Source: Oculatellaceae cyanobacterium bins.114
GTDB taxonomy: Bacteria > Cyanobacteriota > Cyanobacteriia > Elainellales > Elainellaceae
Assembly: GCA_033764315.1 (NCBI GenBank)
Contig: JANRJA010000185.1
Location: forward strand, 1-16,575
Direction of reading: 5' to 3'
DNA: 16,575 nt
This document shows positions 16,001-16,575 of this stretch, in pieces. The position numbers and the translations under genes were made by a program. The notes under the pieces were generated by a model. The model was given only the letters and a program-made list of their open reading frames with translations. It did not search any database and was not told the origin of the DNA. Within the stretch, counting starts at the first letter, position 1; every line of letters begins with the position of its first letter.

Positions 16001-16575
16001 GGGCGCAGGTCTCCATCTGCTGAAAATCACCGCAGAGATAGGCAACTTCGGTCGCTAGTCCATACAGCGAGAGGGCTAAATCGTATTGCTCTTGCCATGC
16101 TTGAACTGAGAGACACCGGATCCCGATATTGGCGTAATCCATCGCGGCTCGATAGGCAGTACAGTTTTTGGCTTTTTTGCCAGCAGATAAATTGAGGATT
16201 GCCAGGTTTTGCTGCTCAATGGGATCTCTGATCAGGGCGGCTCCCAGGTTGAGTTGATTGACGATCGCAAACAGATGGTCATCTTGCTCTAAAGGAGAGA
16301 TCGAGTGGAGCAACCGTTGACCAATTTTTAGGTGAGTTGCCTGCTTCTCTGCATCGGGGATCAATCGATAGGCCGCTTGTTGCACCCGATCATGCAAAAA
16401 CCGATATGACACTGTGTCCGGTGGGTGCTGAAGAAACGGGTGCTTAGTTCGACGGCTATCTTGCGCTTGATAAAACTTGTAGATATCACTGCGGGGCAAT
16501 ACCAGTTCTTCCTTTAACGCCCACCACAAGGCGATCGCCACCTCTGACTGAGGTTGATCAGCCACGATCGCTAGC
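13074..16575 (-). CDS. 3' part of a large multi-domain signalling kinase (helical repeats, GAF, histidine kinase), probably HstK-like Ser/Thr kinase-AAA-GAF-HK; 5' end outside the window
   Basis: YRFLHDRVQQAAY, IVNQLN, WGAKAKV, a GAF domain (SLLCLPIL...LYLEN), H-box VAHEINNP, N-box NILANAID, DNGKG and GTGLGL. The frame stays open to the window edge. Confidence 0.93.
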   Translation of the reverse strand, partial: LAIVADQPQSEVAIALWWALKEELVLPRSDIYKFYQAQDSRRTKHPFLQHPPDTVSYRFLHDRVQQAAYRLIPDAEKQATHLKIGQRLLHSISPLEQDDHLFAIVNQLNLGAALIRDPIEQQNLAILNLSAGKKAKNCTAYRAAMDYANIGIRCLSVQAWQEQYDLALSLYGLATEVAYLCGDFQQMETCAQTVLQHAHSLFDKIEVYNVQILAYTATNKPLEAVELALCILRQLGTVLPESPTDEDIQQTLSTVAALHPPQGIASLVDLPRMSDRNALAALQILNAIFTPCYAVAPKLIPLISATGAKLSMTYGSAPLSVIAYAGYGMLLCGVANDLAAGYEFGQLALNLLPRFSEAAIQTRVMCMVAAFVLHWRNPLRETISTLQAAFQSGMETGDLQYTAWSYYHDCQGSYLSGQELASLDRKLTHYEQALTQIKQDFQRDRSEMLHQVVLNLLGHSRTPCQIVGTLYDETVSQHHYQVTNNTEALYFLHFHRLLLCYWFGHIEQAWEEANEAERYLTSVPAQAVVPVFYVYDSLARLARYDNLSTSAQQQVMERVQSNQARLAHWKTFAPNNYQHKFDLVEAEIARISGQKSLAIDGYDRAIAKARAEGYYQEEGLANELAAQFYLAWNKTIIAQAYLIDAYYCYGRWGAKAKVEDLERRYPHLLAPILNQLTDLSDLGVTHTLPPTGRKNSPLDLMSVMKASQILSGEIEQPNLLTTLLQVMLENAGADRGAILLPQADRLDVVVQGGSQDPFDLTPVPLETLTTLPLSLIRAAQRTQSPTIVNDVAANPALAADPYLSIQAPKSLLCLPILRQSQLVAMLYLENRLTTGAFTADRLQVLNLLCTQAAISLENAHLYQQAQNYSQQVEHSLRELQQAQLQLVQSEKMSALGNLVAGVAHEINNPVGFLAGNLNPAKTYIQGLLGLINRYQQQFPNPGLDIEQEIVTIDLDFVREDLPKLIGSMQVGIERIKSISTSLRAFSRADTEYKVNADLHEGIDSALLILKYRLKANQHRPEIEVLKDYGKLPLIQCFPGQLNQVFMNILANAIDMFDEMAQDQSYKAIALNPQRITIQTTVVEDQAQILIQDNGKGMTEEVKAKVFDYLFTTKDVGKGTGLGLAITHQIVTEKHYGSLEVQSELGQGTTFCIRLPISDESIVPEQF

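Larger units (their letters stand above)
248..16539. repeat. HIP1 octamer GCGATCGC, at least 25 dispersed copies
   Basis: Examples at 248, 436, 575, 926, 1111, 3632, 5193/5199, 5786, 8138, 9244, 9328 and 16532. Less than one copy would be expected by chance. This is a hallmark of cyanobacteria. Confidence 0.95.

Overview
Cyanobacterial chromosomal window: I counted at least 25 HIP1 octamers (GCGATCGC) by eye. The left part looks like the edge of a nitrogen-fixation cluster. It holds a nif-associated hypothetical gene interrupted by an IS4-type element, a cupin, a nitrogenase-associated ArsC-like protein, a SAM methyltransferase, mop, and the nif activator cnfR (patB). Next come a stand-alone ligase-associated MBL-fold exonuclease, an OmpR-family regulator/histidine kinase pair and a hexapeptide-repeat acyltransferase. 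A repeat-rich accessory stretch (9011-11216) follows, with several REP-like palindrome families, a degenerate 21-bp tandem array with a palindromic consensus, a TIR-domain pseudogene and a Uma2 endonuclease. The window ends with a pyrF-pyrE fusion and the 3' part of a large helical-repeat/GAF/histidine kinase gene. The least explained features are the REP-flanked 21-bp array, a HIP1-anchored direct repeat bracketing the two-component pair, and the in-frame IS4 junction. All family assignments come from motif recognition, not database searches.
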